64,000 bases of DNA from a bacterium. Its GTDB lineage: Bacteria > UBA8248 > JACPRG01 > G963555815. Below, piece after piece: positions 60,286 through 64,000 of the stretch. A program made the position numbers and the translations under genes. The stretch is taken from the NCBI GenBank assembly GCA_965218795.1, contig OZ244653.1:1728001-1792000 (forward strand), in the 5' to 3' direction. The first letter of the stretch is position 1; every line of letters starts with the position of its first letter. The notes beneath the pieces are model-generated. The model saw nothing but the letters and a program-made list of their open reading frames with translations. It was not told the DNA's origin and searched no databases.

Positions 60286-61197
60286 ATGATTCGGCGGATC
60301 GGCGGAATCCTGACGGGCTTGTTGTTGCTCCTGACGGGATGCATCACCAACGAAGAGGTGGAGTTGCTTCGCTCGGATATTCGGAGGCTGAAACGCCAAG
60401 TCCAACTCATCCAGAAAGAATCCGGTAAGAAGAGCACCGCCCTCCAGGCGAGCGTTGATCCCATCGCCGCACGGCTCCAGGCCATCCAGAAGGAGGTTCA
60501 ATCCATACGCCATACGCAGGCGGATTTCGAAACGCGTCTGGAGCAGACCTCGAGAACGGCGTCCAAAGCCACCGGAACGGCCGAGGAGCGGAAATTCAAG
60601 GCCCGCAAACAGTCACGGAAGTTCAAGGATCTCAAGGCCGTCATGGAAACCCGGCTCGCGGTTCTGGAGAAGGAGGTTTCTGTCCTGAAGACGTCTCGGG
60701 GGCCCGCTCCCGATTCCTCTCGGCCAACGGCCCCTGTCCGGCCGCCGCCTGCCGCCCCAAGTCCACCGCGCTTCGCCTCACCGACCAAGCCCGCGGCTAT
60801 GAGTCCGGTCCCTCCCCCCGCGATTTCGGATGATGAACGCGCGCATACTGCGGCGATCTCTTTGCTCAAAGACAGAAAAATCAGAGAGGCGCGAAACAAG
60901 TTCCAGGACATGCTCCGTCGTTTCCCCACGTCCAGATTTGCCGATGACGCCCAATACTGGATCGGGGAGACCTTCTACCGTGAAAAAAGATACGACAAGG
61001 CCATCCTCGAATACGACAAAGTTGTCATCAATTATTCCAAAGGCGACAAAGTTCCCGCCGCGCTCCTGAAGCAGGGATTGGCCTTCCTGGCTTTGGGTGA
61101 CAAGGCGTCGGCGAGACAGCTCATGAATCAGCTCATCAGCGAATATCCCGACTCGGAAGAGGCGAAGACGGCTCGATCGAGGCTCTCCAGCCTGTAA
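60286..61197 (+). CDS. cpoB: CpoB/YbgF Tol-Pal protein
   Basis: Coiled coil plus TPR AQYWIGE and KVPAALLK; follows pal. Confidence 0.92.
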   Translation: MIRRIGGILTGLLLLLTGCITNEEVELLRSDIRRLKRQVQLIQKESGKKSTALQASVDPIAARLQAIQKEVQSIRHTQADFETRLEQTSRTASKATGTAEERKFKARKQSRKFKDLKAVMETRLAVLEKEVSVLKTSRGPAPDSSRPTAPVRPPPAAPSPPRFASPTKPAAMSPVPPPAISDDERAHTAAISLLKDRKIREARNKFQDMLRRFPTSRFADDAQYWIGETFYREKRYDKAILEYDKVVINYSKGDKVPAALLKQGLAFLALGDKASARQLMNQLISEYPDSEEAKTARSRLSSL

Positions 61198-61353
61198 GGA
61201 CAACTCTTTCGCACACACCTCCCCGCGCGGAGCCGCTCCTTTATCAGGAGGGAACCTTGAGACCCTCAGGAGGATGACCCGCCGGAATGCCGGCGCGGCG
61301 GGCGGGCCGCCGTTTGTCGATTGCCCATGTGGAGAGCAAAACGAAAACGCCCG

Positions 61354-64000
61354 ATGGGGCGCAGGCTGCTCAAGACCTTCGGGGTTTTGATACTTCTTTG
61401 CCTCGCAATTCTGTTCGCCGCCCCTTACCTGGTGAGTCTGGATCGATACCGGGGCGTCATCGCCCGTGAAGTCGGCGCTCTCCTGGACCGGCGCGTCGAG
61501 ATTTCGGCTCTCCGGATCAGGATGTTTCCCCGGCTGAGTCTGAAAATCACGGGGTTCCAGATTCTCGATCCCCCCGATTTCGGCGGCAAGGCCGCGCTTG
61601 CAGCGAAGTCCCTCACGGCGGACGTCAGGTTTCTTCCACTCCTCGCCCGCCGCCTCGAGATTGGCCGCGTCAGCCTGGACCGACCCGTATTGGTGCTCCG
61701 CCGGACGGCGGAGGGATTCAACAATCTTTTCGGACCTCGGCAAAAATCGGCTCCGCCCCCCCCGGCTCCGGCCATCCCGGCCGAAACGCCGTCCGCTCCG
61801 ACGCCTCCCTCCAGTGAGCCTTCCTCCCCGCTTGCTGGATTCCTCATCGGCAATCTGAGTATTCGGGAGGCCGAGTTTCGAGTCGAGGACCCGCGTCTTG
61901 ACCAACCCGTCCACCTTCGCGGCATCAGCATGGACATGCTTCAGCCTTCTTCGGAGGCGCCCATCGATCTGCGGTTCCGCGCATCTCAGCCCGGACTCCG
62001 GCTCAGCGCGAAGGTCGGGCCGCTCAATCTGCAAAATGTCGCCGCAACTCCCATCGAAGGGCTTCTGACTCTCGGGGACGGCTGGCTCGACGCCCTCCAG
62101 CCCTGGCTTCAACCCAGGCTGAAGGCAGGCTCCTTCAATCTCAGGGACGGAAAGCTCTCGGGTGATCTCAAATTCGAAGGAACCCTTGCCCGGGCATCTC
62201 TACGCAGCCGGCTTTCGATCGGACCGCTCATCCCCCGTGGCGCATCGCCGACGTCCGAGGGGAGGCAGGCTTGGAACGCGGAAATCAAATCCAACCTGCA
62301 TTGGTCGCACCCTGAACCTGCTGCCCCCTACCGCGTTCAGGGCGACGGCGAATTCTCCCTCGCCGGGCTCCTTCTCCATCTTTCAGGGAGCGGAACCTTT
62401 GGACCCGGATCGAAAAGCTACAAAGCAGAAATCCAAGGCGCCCGGCTGCAGGCGGAGGACCTTCAACCGCTCGTCCGGGCCATTCTCGGGGACGACTCGG
62501 ATCAACTCCGATTGAAAGGACTGACCGCTTTGAACATCCAGATACGCGGCGAAGGCGCGAAGACCTCCGTCATCTGGTCCTTGGATGCGAAGGCGGTGAC
62601 GGCGCAATACGCGGATTTTTTCCGAAAGCCGGGGGGGATCCCCCTTCAGGTCAAGGGGACGGCCATTGCTTCTCCGGGAAATTTCGAGGTTCGAGATTTT
62701 TCATTCGCGTTACGACAGGTTCGCCTCCGAGGTGGAATGGCCTATTTCGGAGACACCCTCCGCCTGCGAGGGGAAACCGACCCCTTCAGTCTCGAGGGGA
62801 TGGATACCATCCTCCCGGCCATCAGACCCCTCGGACTGGCCGGGACGGTCCGCATCGGTCTCATCGCCAACGGCAGGATGGAAGACGTTCTGAGCCGCCG
62901 GTCCCAATTGGAAGTCTCTCTGGAGGAGGTGGCCGCGACGCTGTCCGGTCTCCCTCACCGCGTGCGGAACGTTCACGCTTTCATCGTGGTGACGCCCCAA
63001 TCCTTGCAGATCACCAAAAGCAAATTCCGAATCGGAAAGACCCAGCTTGCAGTGAAAGGAAGTCTGGTCGATTTCAATTCTCCGCGGCTCCGGTTCGATG
63101 TCCGGGCACCCTACTTCAGGCTCGATGACGTGCTCCCCCCGCCTGCAAAAAAGTCGGCGGCCTCCTTCCCGCCGGGATTCCAAAAAGCTTCCTGGGCTGG
63201 AACCCATCCGGCGCTTGTGGCGGCGGCGGAACAACCTCGGGTGAAAAACAAGGTCTCCCCCGGAGTCCGCTGGCTGAAGTCCGTTGAGGGGGGCGGAACC
63301 GTCCGCGTCGGGAAAGGAGAGGCCGAGAAGGTCCGGTTCGAGAACCTGGTCGCCTCCCTGCGCCTCAGCAGAGGAAAGGCATTCGCTGATCAACTCAAGG
63401 CGCAATTGTACCGTGGAACGCTGGAGGGCCGTGGTGAGTATGCCCTGGACCGTGTGCCCGCGCCGTTCAAGGCCCGCATCCAATTGAAAGGCGTCCGCAT
63501 CGAGCGGGCGGTTGCGGAGCAGGTTCCAGGGCCTGCCTTCTTGTCGGGAAGCCTCAATCTCAATGCGGATGTTGCCGGGAGGGGAACGGATGAAGCCTCC
63601 CTGAGAAAAACACTTTCCGCCAAGGGCGACCTCACCATTCAGGGCGGCGCGTTTCACCAGTTCGGACTTTTCGAAGACGTAGAAAAGCTCATCCGGATGC
63701 GTGGAATTTTCGGCGTAATCAACGGCAGAAAGCGGTTTCAAACCCTGAAAGGACCGTTCGAGATCAAGGAAGGGAACCTGATCCTGCCGGGTCTTCGGAT
63801 GGCCGCAAGCGGGGCATCCCTGTCCGGCAAGGGCCGAATCGGCTTTGACGGAAAGGGGGACCTCACCATCACCGCTTCCTTCGACGAGCAAGCCGCGCGC
63901 AAAATATCCAGGGGCATGTTGTCGGACCTGCTCTGGGGAAAAGAGGGCAAAATAGAAATTCCGTTCCGCATACAGGGGGATCTGCGCGAACCGCGGGTGA
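61354..64000 (+). CDS. AsmA-family protein, running off the window end
   Basis: MGRRLLKTFGVLILLCLAILFAAPYLVSLDRYRG N-anchor, SLDRP and LYRGTLEG; the frame was open in the lines I checked and is absent from the ORF track, consistent with no stop in the window. Confidence 0.85.
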   Translation, partial: MGRRLLKTFGVLILLCLAILFAAPYLVSLDRYRGVIAREVGALLDRRVEISALRIRMFPRLSLKITGFQILDPPDFGGKAALAAKSLTADVRFLPLLARRLEIGRVSLDRPVLVLRRTAEGFNNLFGPRQKSAPPPPAPAIPAETPSAPTPPSSEPSSPLAGFLIGNLSIREAEFRVEDPRLDQPVHLRGISMDMLQPSSEAPIDLRFRASQPGLRLSAKVGPLNLQNVAATPIEGLLTLGDGWLDALQPWLQPRLKAGSFNLRDGKLSGDLKFEGTLARASLRSRLSIGPLIPRGASPTSEGRQAWNAEIKSNLHWSHPEPAAPYRVQGDGEFSLAGLLLHLSGSGTFGPGSKSYKAEIQGARLQAEDLQPLVRAILGDDSDQLRLKGLTALNIQIRGEGAKTSVIWSLDAKAVTAQYADFFRKPGGIPLQVKGTAIASPGNFEVRDFSFALRQVRLRGGMAYFGDTLRLRGETDPFSLEGMDTILPAIRPLGLAGTVRIGLIANGRMEDVLSRRSQLEVSLEEVAATLSGLPHRVRNVHAFIVVTPQSLQITKSKFRIGKTQLAVKGSLVDFNSPRLRFDVRAPYFRLDDVLPPPAKKSAASFPPGFQKASWAGTHPALVAAAEQPRVKNKVSPGVRWLKSVEGGGTVRVGKGEAEKVRFENLVASLRLSRGKAFADQLKAQLYRGTLEGRGEYALDRVPAPFKARIQLKGVRIERAVAEQVPGPAFLSGSLNLNADVAGRGTDEASLRKTLSAKGDLTIQGGAFHQFGLFEDVEKLIRMRGIFGVINGRKRFQTLKGPFEIKEGNLILPGLRMAASGASLSGKGRIGFDGKGDLTITASFDEQAARKISRGMLSDLLWGKEGKIEIPFRIQGDLREPRV

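Overview
A GC-rich (visually about 60%) Gram-negative bacterial chromosomal window; I cannot assign the taxon from sequence alone. Housekeeping blocks are pyrE, amidase-GerMN-rph-rdgB-tRNA-Pro(TGG), anmK-slt, tolQRAB-pal-cpoB-asmA and moeZ, plus many catabolic enzymes (two UbiD decarboxylases, a molybdopterin oxidoreductase, SDR, RidA, an amidohydrolase and three tandem MFS transporters). These alternate with four accessory or defence patches. (1) About 1.1-2.5 kb: a Panacea toxin-antitoxin pair behind an IS1595 remnant. (2) About 11-19.3 kb: a decayed restriction island with a Dam-like fragment, a PLD nuclease split by an IS3 that is itself split by an IS110, an IS630, a NotI-like fragment and an intact-looking SfiI-family RM pair. 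(3) About 31-33.7 kb: TA modules and attC-like sites downstream of the tRNA. (4) About 38-44.9 kb: an IS630, a frameshifted Mrr-type nuclease with an M.PvuII-like methylase, a RAYT remnant and an HsdR_N nuclease with a SeqA-like C-terminus. The most striking signal is the IS110. It sits exactly in the IS3 A7G ribosomal frameshift motif, and its 5' non-coding end contains segments matching both its own circle junction and the reconstructed target, as expected of a bridge RNA aimed at another IS family's slippery site. All family calls come from motif recognition by eye, not from database searches.
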